Of a DNA stretch of 64,000 nt, positions 1 to 8,582 are shown one piece after another. Position numbers and translations under genes: made by a program. The notes under the pieces were generated by a model, which saw only the letters and a list, made by a program, of their open reading frames with translations, did no database searches and was not told where the DNA came from. This DNA is from Terracidiphilus sp. (lineage in GTDB: Bacteria > Acidobacteriota > Terriglobia > Terriglobales > Acidobacteriaceae), in assembly GCA_052326045.1 (NCBI GenBank), contig JBKQRH010000013.1, positions 77-64,076 on the forward strand, given 5' to 3'. The first letter of the stretch is position 1, and each line of letters starts with the position of its first letter.

Positions 1-12
1 AAAGGAGAAACC

Positions 13-3000
13 ATGTCTCAGCAGTTCAATCCCCCTTGCGGGCGGGCTCGCGCTCGCCGGCTGAGCGGGTACCTTGGGGTACTCGCGGTTCTACTACTAA
101 CGATTATTACGCCGGGCGCTTTCGCTCAGGTAACTCACGTCGCCAATCCTTACGCCGGCGCAACGGTGTACGCCAGCCCGGACTACACAACTGAAGTCGC
201 CACCGCGGTTGCGACCGAACCTGCCGGCTCCGCGCTCGCGAATCAGATGACTGTAGTGGGAAAAACTCCGACATTCGTCTGGCTTGACCGCATCGCAGCC
301 ATTGCGGGCGGCTCGGTGAACAACGGCCGCCTTGGCCTCCAGGGACATATCACTGCCGCGCTTGCCCAGCAGAGCGGCTCCACGCCGATTGTTGTTCAGC
401 TCGTCATTTACGATCTGCCCGACCGCGACTGCGCTGCGTTGGCTTCAAACGGCGAACTCAGCATTGCCGGCGGCGACACCCCTAGGGGCTACACCACGCC
501 GCTGACGGGCACGGGCATTCAGGAGTATGAGAATGATTACATCACTCCCATCTACAACATCCTGGCTGCCTACAAGACCAACGCGAATATCCGCTTTGTG
601 CTGGTGATCGAAGACGATTCGCTGCCCAATATCGTTACCAACACCGGCTATAGCTATTCGATCGCCAACTGCATCGCGGCCAACGGCGGCGCAAGCTATC
701 CGACCTACTCGACGAGCGGCGTGTATGTGCAGGGAATTCAGTACGCGCTCAACCAATTCCATTCGCTCCCGAATGCATACAACTACCTCGACATCGGCCA
801 CCATGGATGGCTCGGATGGACTGAGGGCGCCGGCCTTGCCTTCCCCTTCTACGCCACTGTGGCAAAGGGAACGACGGCCGGCTTCGCCAGCATTGATGGA
901 ATTATCACCAATACCGCCAACTACGGCCCGACCAAAGAGCCGTACATGACCGCGACGGAATCGATCGGCGGCAACCCAGTCGATTCCGCGACCTTCTATT
1001 CCTACGACCCCGAAATCGATGAGCTAGACTACGCCCAGGAATTTTATACGGGCCTGACAGGCCAAGGTTTCCCCTCCACGCTCGGGTTCCTGATCGACAC
1101 CTCGCGCAATGGCTGGGGCGGACCGCTTCGTCCGACCGGTCCAAGCACCAGCGCCGTGCTGAACACCTTCGTCAATGCAACCAAAATCGACGAGCGCGAC
1201 GACATGGGCCAATGGTGCAACCAGGAGAATCAGGGAATCGGCGCTCTTCCGACGGTGAACCCTGGAGGTTTCGCCAATCTGCAAGCCTACGTCTGGGTCA
1301 AGCCTCCGGGAGAATCCGACGGCACTTATCCTGGAGCCGTATACAACGGCGTAACAGAAACGGGCGGCGATCCGAACTGCAATCCCACTAATACAAACCC
1401 GCTGGCCAACGGTATGGTGATCAACTCGATACCCAACGCGCCCCCGGCCGGCACCTTCTGGCTCACCGAGTTCCTTCAGGACGTACAGAACGCGTATCCC
1501 GCGCTTCCAACTTCAACGTCTCCCGGCTTCTCCGTATCTGCTACCGCAACGACTGTCATGCAGGGAACGAGCGTGGGGAGCAGCGTCACCATTGCCGCAT
1601 TCAACGGCTTCGACAGCGCGGTTACTTTGACGGTCAGCGGCCTTCCGGCTGGAGTAACTGCCAGCTTCTCCCCCACCTCAGTCACCGGCTCCGGGGGCAG
1701 CACGCTAACATTTACAGCCACTACCACGGCCACTGTAGGCGCAGCCACTGTAACAGTAACCGGGACCAGCGGCTCTACTGTCGAAACGGCCAAAGTGACC
1801 CTCACCGTGACCGCGAGGCCAGAGTTTACCATTACGGTATCTCCCACGACGCTTTCGTTGCCGCCGAATACCAACCCCACAGTGACTCTCACAGTCACCT
1901 ATGTTGGTAATCTCACGGGCAGCGTATCTCTCAGCGCCAGCGGCCTGCCCTCGGGCGTCCAGGCTAACTTCTCTCCCTCTTCGCTCAACGCCAGCGGCAC
2001 CGTCACGGTGAATTTTACTTCGCAAGCCAGCACTCCGGCTGGAACATACAGCGTCTTGCTGACCGGAACCGACGGATCGCTTGTCAATTCCGCAACCCTC
2101 GCTCTCACCATTCCGGGAACCAGCTTCACGCTTGCGCCTTCAGTATCGCCATTGGCCATTACCCAGGGAAAGACCGCAACCGATACCATCACGGTGACGG
2201 ACCTTAGCGGGTTTACTGGCAGCGTAACTCTTGCCGCATCCAACTTGCCTAGCGGAGTCACTGGCGCTTGGGGAACCAATCCGACCACCGGAAGCAGCTT
2301 GCTCACGCTGACGGCTACCAGCACGGCCACCACCGGCGCGTTTACGGTGACCATCACCGGAACCTCGGGCAGCACGACGGCGACCACCACCTTCACACTC
2401 GATGTCAGCTCCGCGTCCGGCTTCACGCTTGCGCCTTCGGCTGGCACTCTGTCAATCACACAGGGCAAGACCGCAACCGACACCATCACGGTAACGGACG
2501 TGGGCGGATTCACCGGCAGCGTCACTCTTGCGGCCACTGGCCTGCCTAGCGGCGTAACTGTTGCCTACGGCACCAACCCCACCACCTCCACCAGCGTGCT
2601 GACCTTCACAGCCACCAGCACAGCCACCGCCGGGCTGGCTACGGTCACCATCACCGGCACCTCCGGGAGCACGACCGCAAAGACCACCATAGCCCTCACC
2701 GTTGTCTCCTCGACGCCGAGCTTCACGCTGGCGCCTTCGACGAGCACTTTGTCGGTTACTCAGGGCAAGACCGCAACTGACACGATCACGGTAACAGACG
2801 TGAACGGATTCACGGGCAGCGTAACTCTTGCCGCCACCGGCCTGCCCGGCGGAGTCACTGTTGCCTACGGCACCAACCCGACTACCTCGACCAGCGTGCT
2901 GACGTTCACAGCCAGCGCCACAGCCACGGTTGGAACCTCCATGGTGACCATCACAGGAACCTCGGGCAGCACGACCGCGACCACCACCATTACACTCACC

Positions 3001-3351
3001 GTCAGTTCGGGTAGCGGCGGCGCATGCGAGGTCGACTATACGATTTCACCGCAAAACTCCAGCCAGTTCGGAGCGGCCATCACCATCAAGAATGGCGGAA
3101 GCACCACTCTCAGCGGCTGGTCGCTTACCTGGAGCTTTGCCAACGGCCAGACCATCAGCGGTTCCTGGAATGGAACCGTATCGCAGAGCGGCGCCAATGT
3201 CACGGTGAGCGAACAGTCCGGCCAAAGTTGGGAGAACATTCCGGCCGGCGGAAGCTACTCCGGATTCGGCTTCAACGGCACCTGGAACGGCACCACCAAC
3301 GCGATACCCAAGGCCTTCTCGCTCAACGGAACGGCCTGCACCGTCAACTAG
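13..3351 (+). CDS. Secreted GH6 cellobiohydrolase + 5 Thr-rich Ig-like repeats + C-terminal CBM2
   Basis: RBS AAAGGAG; signal peptide (AFA-Q); GH6 motifs YDLPDRDCAALASNGE, IEDDSLPN, FLIDTSRNG, WVKPPGESDG; five ~95-aa repeats; CBM2 (C...WSLTWSF...WNG...FGFNG...LNGTAC). Confidence 0.95.
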   Translation: MSQQFNPPCGRARARRLSGYLGVLAVLLLTIITPGAFAQVTHVANPYAGATVYASPDYTTEVATAVATEPAGSALANQMTVVGKTPTFVWLDRIAAIAGGSVNNGRLGLQGHITAALAQQSGSTPIVVQLVIYDLPDRDCAALASNGELSIAGGDTPRGYTTPLTGTGIQEYENDYITPIYNILAAYKTNANIRFVLVIEDDSLPNIVTNTGYSYSIANCIAANGGASYPTYSTSGVYVQGIQYALNQFHSLPNAYNYLDIGHHGWLGWTEGAGLAFPFYATVAKGTTAGFASIDGIITNTANYGPTKEPYMTATESIGGNPVDSATFYSYDPEIDELDYAQEFYTGLTGQGFPSTLGFLIDTSRNGWGGPLRPTGPSTSAVLNTFVNATKIDERDDMGQWCNQENQGIGALPTVNPGGFANLQAYVWVKPPGESDGTYPGAVYNGVTETGGDPNCNPTNTNPLANGMVINSIPNAPPAGTFWLTEFLQDVQNAYPALPTSTSPGFSVSATATTVMQGTSVGSSVTIAAFNGFDSAVTLTVSGLPAGVTASFSPTSVTGSGGSTLTFTATTTATVGAATVTVTGTSGSTVETAKVTLTVTARPEFTITVSPTTLSLPPNTNPTVTLTVTYVGNLTGSVSLSASGLPSGVQANFSPSSLNASGTVTVNFTSQASTPAGTYSVLLTGTDGSLVNSATLALTIPGTSFTLAPSVSPLAITQGKTATDTITVTDLSGFTGSVTLAASNLPSGVTGAWGTNPTTGSSLLTLTATSTATTGAFTVTITGTSGSTTATTTFTLDVSSASGFTLAPSAGTLSITQGKTATDTITVTDVGGFTGSVTLAATGLPSGVTVAYGTNPTTSTSVLTFTATSTATAGLATVTITGTSGSTTAKTTIALTVVSSTPSFTLAPSTSTLSVTQGKTATDTITVTDVNGFTGSVTLAATGLPGGVTVAYGTNPTTSTSVLTFTASATATVGTSMVTITGTSGSTTATTTITLTVSSGSGGACEVDYTISPQNSSQFGAAITIKNGGSTTLSGWSLTWSFANGQTISGSWNGTVSQSGANVTVSEQSGQSWENIPAGGSYSGFGFNGTWNGTTNAIPKAFSLNGTACTVN
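1528..3006 (+). repeat. Five tandem ~290-bp coding repeats (Ig-like, FTLAPS...GFTGSVTL...GLPSGV...TITGTSG); two more copies each at ~4930-5530, ~7290-7885, ~9030-9625
   Basis: Direct DNA and protein repetition; 11 copies across the four genes. Confidence 0.9.
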
Positions 3352-3372
3352 CAGCTACAGCAATGCTGTAGA

Positions 3373-3420
3373 TGCCACAACAGGAACGCGTGCAAAGCGG
3401 GTCTTTTGATCCGCTTCGCA
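3373..3420 (+). promoter_or_regulatory. Conserved intergenic motif copy 1 (CACAACAGGA + GC-rich hairpin)
   Basis: tgccacaacaggaacgcg then tgcaaagcgggtc-tttt-gatccgcttcgca; homologous to 5892-5938 and 8287-8329; function unknown. Confidence 0.6.
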
Positions 3421-3695
3421 CCGTGAAAGAAGGTTTCGCCGCGATAATGGTTGTTTTTCGAGGATACTGTCGAGCGCGGCAATTACGGCCACTCCACGGA
3501 AAGCGGTGCAAGCCCAATCGAGATCCGTAAGTGGAGGAACCATCGTGAATTCCGCATTCACTTCGTCGCGCCGATGGGGAGAAGCAGGCAGCTTGGCGGC
3601 GACACATCACGTGCTCGAATTGCGCACAAGAATAGCCATGTGTGCAGTTCGGCTTCACTCCCCCCACCTGTAGCCAACCAAGGAGAAAATTTAAC

Positions 3696-5870
3696 ATGAA
3701 ATTGCGAATGATTTGCACAGCAGTATCGGCGATTCTGCTCGCGGCCGCCACGGCCAATGCGCAAACCGTGGACGACATCAATTTTGGAACAACCTACCAA
3801 ACGATCCGTGGATTCGGCACCTCGACGGCCTGGCAGCCGGTACTGAACTCGACTCAGGCCAACAACCTGTTTGGCGTCGGCGCGGGCCAAGTCGGCTTCA
3901 CCATCCTGCGGTCGCGCATCGATCCCAGTTCCACCACCGGCGGCTCCAACTGGGCTACCGAACGGTCCAATGCGCAACAGGCGCAGTCCATCAATTCACA
4001 GGTCATCGTCTTTGCCACGCCCTGGACACCGCCTGCGGTCTGGAAGACCAATAACAGCGTCGACGACGGTTCGCTGAATACCGCTGACTACGACAACTTC
4101 GCCAACTATCTGAATGCGTTCATCGCTTATGAGAAGGCTGGCGGCGTGAATCTCTATGCCATCTCCGTGCAAAACGAGCCGAACTTTCTTCCCAGCTACG
4201 AGTCCTGCGGGTACACCGGCGCGCAGATGGATGCCTGGGTTGCGCAGGAAGGCGGCAAGATCAACACCAAGCTGATGATGCCGGAGGCGGACAGCTTCAA
4301 TACCGATATGTCCGATCCGACGCTGAACGATTCCAATGCGGTGGGCCACGTTTCGATCGTCGCCGGTCACACGTACGGAGTGGCGCCGTTCTACTACACC
4401 AATGCCAAAAACAAGGGCAAAGATGTGTGGATGACCGAAACCACCTATACGCCAGCGGCTGGATCCTCCGCCCAGCCGACCATCAGCGATGCCATCGCGG
4501 CTGCCGAGCTCTATCACCAGTCGATGGCGGTGGCGCAGTACAACGCCTATGTCTATTGGTGGACGCCACTGTTGTTGAACGGAAATAGCCCGAATTACTA
4601 TGCCTATGCCCTGGGCCAGTACTCGAAGTTTGTGAGACCGGGCTACGTGATGACCGGAGCCAACAACAACCCCACCGGCGGCGTCTACGTCACGTCTTAC
4701 AAGGGGAATAACAACTATGTGATTGTGGCCGTTAACGCCAATAGCGGCTCCTCAAGCATCGACTTTAACATCTCTGGCGCGACTCTGACCTCGGTTACGC
4801 CTTACCAGACCTCGGCTTCCAACCAGTTGGCGGAGCTCAGCGCAGTCAGCGTGTCAAACGACTCATTTACATATTCGTTGCCGGGGCAGAGCATCACAAC
4901 CTTCGTTGGGACAGGTTCCACCGGCACACCCACCTTCACGCTTGCGCCTTCTGCTTCGACGCTCTCCGTGACGCAAGGCAGCAGCGCCACCGACACCATC
5001 ACGGTGACGGACGAGAACGGATTTACCGGCAGCGTCACGTTTACTGCAAGCGGAATGCCCAGCGGCGTGACGGCTGCTTTCAGTCCAACCTCTTCCACCA
5101 GCTCCAGCGTGCTCACGCTGACGGCCAGCAGCACGGCTACTACCGGCGGGCCGGTCACAGTGACTGTCACCGGAACCTCTGGGAGCACGACGGCCACCAC
5201 CACCATCGCTCTTACCGTCAAGGCCAAGGTGACGACGGGCTTTACTCTGTCTCCATCGGCATCCTCACTGACCGTCAAACAGGGCAGCAGCGGCACCAAC
5301 ACCATCACTGTGACGGACATCGGCGGATTCACCGGCAGCGTAGCGTTTACTGCAGCTGGTATGCCCAGTGGCGTGACGGCTGCGTTCAGCCCAACCTCCT
5401 CCACCAGCTCTAGCGCGCTCACGCTGACGGCTAGCAGCACGGCCACCACAGGCGCCTTCACCATCACCGTCACCGGAACCTCCGGCAGCACCACGGCCAC
5501 CACCACCTTTACTCTCTCCGTCACCTCCGGCGGCGGCAGCGCATGCGAGGTCGACTATACGATCTCTCCGCAAAACTCCAGCCAGTTCGGCGCGGCCATC
5601 ACCATCAAGAATGGCGGAAGCACTACTCTGAGCGGCTGGTCGCTTACCTGGAGCTTCGCCAACGGCCAGACCATCGCCAGCTCCTGGAACGGAACCGTAT
5701 CGCAGAGCGGCGCCAACGTGACGGTGAGCGAACAGTCCGGCCAAAGCTGGGAGAACATTCCCGCCGGCGGAAGCTACTCCGGATTCGGCTTCAACGGCAC
5801 CTGGAACGGAACCACCAACGCAATACCGACAAACTTTGCGCTCAACGGAACGGCCTGCACGATCAACTAG
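3696..5870 (+). CDS. Secreted GH30 xylanase-like enzyme + 2 Ig-like repeats + CBM2
   Basis: AGGAG RBS before ATG 3696; signal peptide (ANA-Q); QTIRGFG, ATPWTPP, acid/base QNEP, nucleophile WMTE, SKFVRPGY; CBM2 nearly identical to that of the GH6. Confidence 0.92.
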   Translation: MKLRMICTAVSAILLAAATANAQTVDDINFGTTYQTIRGFGTSTAWQPVLNSTQANNLFGVGAGQVGFTILRSRIDPSSTTGGSNWATERSNAQQAQSINSQVIVFATPWTPPAVWKTNNSVDDGSLNTADYDNFANYLNAFIAYEKAGGVNLYAISVQNEPNFLPSYESCGYTGAQMDAWVAQEGGKINTKLMMPEADSFNTDMSDPTLNDSNAVGHVSIVAGHTYGVAPFYYTNAKNKGKDVWMTETTYTPAAGSSAQPTISDAIAAAELYHQSMAVAQYNAYVYWWTPLLLNGNSPNYYAYALGQYSKFVRPGYVMTGANNNPTGGVYVTSYKGNNNYVIVAVNANSGSSSIDFNISGATLTSVTPYQTSASNQLAELSAVSVSNDSFTYSLPGQSITTFVGTGSTGTPTFTLAPSASTLSVTQGSSATDTITVTDENGFTGSVTFTASGMPSGVTAAFSPTSSTSSSVLTLTASSTATTGGPVTVTVTGTSGSTTATTTIALTVKAKVTTGFTLSPSASSLTVKQGSSGTNTITVTDIGGFTGSVAFTAAGMPSGVTAAFSPTSSTSSSALTLTASSTATTGAFTITVTGTSGSTTATTTFTLSVTSGGGSACEVDYTISPQNSSQFGAAITIKNGGSTTLSGWSLTWSFANGQTIASSWNGTVSQSGANVTVSEQSGQSWENIPAGGSYSGFGFNGTWNGTTNAIPTNFALNGTACTIN

Positions 5871-5891
5871 CAAGTTAGCGCAACATATCGT

Positions 5892-5938
5892 TGCCACAAC
5901 AGGAGCGTTGCGGAGCGGGTCTCATAACCTGCTCCGCA
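5892..5938 (+). promoter_or_regulatory. Conserved intergenic motif copy 2
   Basis: tgccacaacaggagcgt then tgcggagcgggt-ctcata-acctgctccgca. Confidence 0.6.
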
Positions 5939-5991
5939 CGCAACCAAGTTTGATTCAACCCGAATTGAAATTCACACAGGGAGGATGATCG

Positions 5992-8214
5992 ATGCATCAT
6001 GCATTTGGAAAGTCGCACAAACAGGCACTCATCCGTCAGCGGATCGTGCATGGAGTATTTGTACTGACGGCTCTTGCGATGGCTCTCGTTTCTCCCAGCG
6101 CATGGGCTCAGGGCGTGGGTTACTGGCATACCAGCGGGAACAAGATCGTCGACGCGAACGGAGACACCGTGCGCATGGCGGGAATCAATTGGTACGGTTT
6201 CGAGACCCCAGACTACCTGGTTCACGGGCTATGGGCACAGGACTACCACACGGTATTGAACACCATCAAGAGCCTGGGCTACAACGTGATTCGCATCCCG
6301 TTCTCGAACCAGATGGTGGAGAGCGACCCGGTTCCCACTAACTACACTTCCTACGCCGATGGCGGTGTTGTCAACTCCCAGCTGGTTGGGCAGACGGCGC
6401 TCCAGGATCTAGACACGATTGTCGCGTATGCCGGTTCGATTGGCTTGCGCGTGATCCTCGACAACCACCGCTCCGAAGCCGGATCCAGCAACGAAGCCAG
6501 CGGCCTCTGGTATACCAGCGCGTATCCCCAGGCAAACTGGATCGCCGACTGGAAGACGTTGGCCACACGCTATAGCGCCAGCACATTCACCTTCAACGGC
6601 AATCCCACGGTGATTGGCATGGACCTGCGTAATGAGCCTCACCTGAGCGGAAGCGGCGCCACCACCGGTTCCTGCTGGACGGGGGACACTGCAACCAACG
6701 GTTGCCCAACCAGTCTCACCGCGCAAAACTGGCCTGTGGCGGCCGAAGCCGCGGGCAACGCCATCCTGGCCATCAATCCAAAACTCCTCATCTTTGTCGA
6801 AGGCAACGACTGCTACAGCGGTGTTTGCGGATGGCAAGGCGGGAATCTGATTGGCGTCGCGAATTATCCGGTCACGCTGAGCGTCGCCGACCAACTGGTC
6901 TACTCCGCGCACGACTACGGGCCGAACCTGTATCAGCAAGCCTGGTTCAACAACAGCACGACCCCCGCCAGCCTGGACGCCATCTGGAACAAGTATTGGG
7001 GATATATCAGCGCCGCCGGCACCGCCCCGGTTTGGTTGGGTGAATTCGGCACCGACAATACCAGCACCGACATCGAAAATTCAGCCGCGGGCAGCCAGGG
7101 ACAGTGGTTCGAGAGCCTAGTTAGTTTCCTGCAGAACAACCCTTCGATCAACTGGACCTACTGGGCGTTGAACGGCGAAGACAGCTATGCGCTGCTGGAC
7201 AGCAACTACGATGCGACGCCGGTCAGCTCCTTGAAGCAATCCGAACTGACCAGCATCCAGTTCCCCTTGAGTGGCGGGTCAACCACGCCGGGCTTCACGC
7301 TGGCTCCTTCGGCGAGCACTTTGTCCCTAACTCAGGGCAAGACCGCAACTGACACCATCACGGTGACGGACGTGGATGGATTCACCGGCAGCGTAACGCT
7401 TGCCGCCACCGGCCTGCCTAGCGGCGTAACGGTTGCCTACAGCACCAATCCCACCACCTCGACCAGCGTGCTGACATTCACGGCCAGCAATACAGCCACC
7501 GCCGGGCCGGCTACGGTCACCATCACCGGAACCTCTGGTAGCGTGACAGCAACCACCACCATAGCCTTTACCGTGAGCGCCTCATCCAGCTTTACGCTGG
7601 CGCCGTCGGCAGCCAACCTATCCGTGACTCAGGGAAAAACCGCAACCGACACCATCACAGTAACTGACGTAGGCGGATTCACCGGCAGCGTAACGCTGTC
7701 CGCGACCGGCCTGCCCAGCGGAGTCACTGTTGCCTACGGCACCAATCCCACTACCTCCACCAGCGTGCTGACGTTCACGGCCACCAGCACGGCCAGCACC
7801 GGCGCGGCCACGGTCACCATCACCGGAACCTCGGGCAGCACGAAGGCAACCACCACGATTACTCTCTCCGTCACCTCCTCTGGTAGCGGCAGCACATGCA
7901 CCGTCGACTACGTGATCTCGCCGCAAAACTCCAGCCAGTTCGGAGCGGCCATCACCATCAAGAACGGATCGGCCGCGATCACCAGTTGGACGCTAACCTG
8001 GAGCTTTGCAAACGGCCAGAAAGTTTCACAGCTTTGGAACGGCATTGAAACCCAGAGCGGCGCCAACGTAACGGTGAAGAACGAGCCCTATAACGGCAGC
8101 ATCGCCGCCGGCGGTACCCTCACCGGCATTGGATTCAACGGAACCTGGAACGGAACCACCAACGCGATACCCACGGCCTTCTCGATCAACGGAACGGCCT
8201 GCACCGTCAACTAG
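5992..8214 (+). CDS. Secreted GH5 subfamily 1-like endoglucanase + 2 Ig-like repeats + CBM2
   Basis: GGAGG RBS; signal (AWA-Q); [42 protein letters not shown], resembling Acidothermus E1-type Cel5. Confidence 0.95.
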   Translation: MHHAFGKSHKQALIRQRIVHGVFVLTALAMALVSPSAWAQGVGYWHTSGNKIVDANGDTVRMAGINWYGFETPDYLVHGLWAQDYHTVLNTIKSLGYNVIRIPFSNQMVESDPVPTNYTSYADGGVVNSQLVGQTALQDLDTIVAYAGSIGLRVILDNHRSEAGSSNEASGLWYTSAYPQANWIADWKTLATRYSASTFTFNGNPTVIGMDLRNEPHLSGSGATTGSCWTGDTATNGCPTSLTAQNWPVAAEAAGNAILAINPKLLIFVEGNDCYSGVCGWQGGNLIGVANYPVTLSVADQLVYSAHDYGPNLYQQAWFNNSTTPASLDAIWNKYWGYISAAGTAPVWLGEFGTDNTSTDIENSAAGSQGQWFESLVSFLQNNPSINWTYWALNGEDSYALLDSNYDATPVSSLKQSELTSIQFPLSGGSTTPGFTLAPSASTLSLTQGKTATDTITVTDVDGFTGSVTLAATGLPSGVTVAYSTNPTTSTSVLTFTASNTATAGPATVTITGTSGSVTATTTIAFTVSASSSFTLAPSAANLSVTQGKTATDTITVTDVGGFTGSVTLSATGLPSGVTVAYGTNPTTSTSVLTFTATSTASTGAATVTITGTSGSTKATTTITLSVTSSGSGSTCTVDYVISPQNSSQFGAAITIKNGSAAITSWTLTWSFANGQKVSQLWNGIETQSGANVTVKNEPYNGSIAAGGTLTGIGFNGTWNGTTNAIPTAFSINGTACTVN

Positions 8215-8230
8215 CCGTGCAGACTCGGCT

Positions 8231-8272
8231 GGGTGCCCATCCTTGCGACTTGTTTCTGTCGCAAGGGTGGGA
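8231..8272 (+). repeat. REP-like palindrome
   Basis: GGGTG-CCCATCCTTGCGAC-ttgtttct-GTCGCAAGGGTGGG-A; GGTG foot plus stem-loop. Confidence 0.75.
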
Positions 8273-8286
8273 CGCCACGAAGCCCG

Positions 8287-8329
8287 CACAACAGGAACGC
8301 GAACGAAGCGGGTCCCTTGACCTGCTCCG
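8287..8329 (+). promoter_or_regulatory. Conserved intergenic motif copy 3
   Basis: cacaacaggaacgcg then cgaagcgggtc-cctt-gacctgctccg. Confidence 0.6.
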
Positions 8330-8582
8330 CTCATCTCCCGTTTCTCCAAAGAAAAACTTATGGCCGGCGAAGTTTCCTTTAGCCGGCCAACCGCGAGCCT
8401 GATGACACAGATGGTCCGGCCGAAGCCGTTCCCCAGACGGCTAGCGGAGAAAAGTTCAGATCTCAGGCCGGTCGATCATCTGCCCAATTCGCAAGGTACG
8501 GCCCTTATACCGGCATCATGCAACGAAAAGCACTCAAGCATTGAGTGTTGTTAGCGGGGTTATGTGATGTAAAGGAGAAACC

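Noticed and set aside
13-130. Tat export for GH6/GH48 (RARARRL)
   Set aside because: No S/T-R-R-x-F-L consensus; it looks like an Arg-rich Sec n-region. Unresolved without a predictor
1528-3006. Tandem repeats as a CRISPR array or cellulosome scaffoldin
   Set aside because: Repeats are ~290 bp, in frame and have no spacers; no dockerin Ca-binding duplications or recognisable cohesin motifs
3022-5867. Near-identical CBM2 copies as a DGR template/variable repeat pair
   Set aside because: Both copies are coding, the differences are not adenine-specific and no reverse transcriptase is in the window
8480-8570. Possible c-di-GMP-I riboswitch upstream of the GH48 gene (TAGCGGGGTTA resembles its 3' end)
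   Set aside because: The GGCAAAC...GAAA...GACGCAAAGC core is not present; only unrelated hairpins are visible
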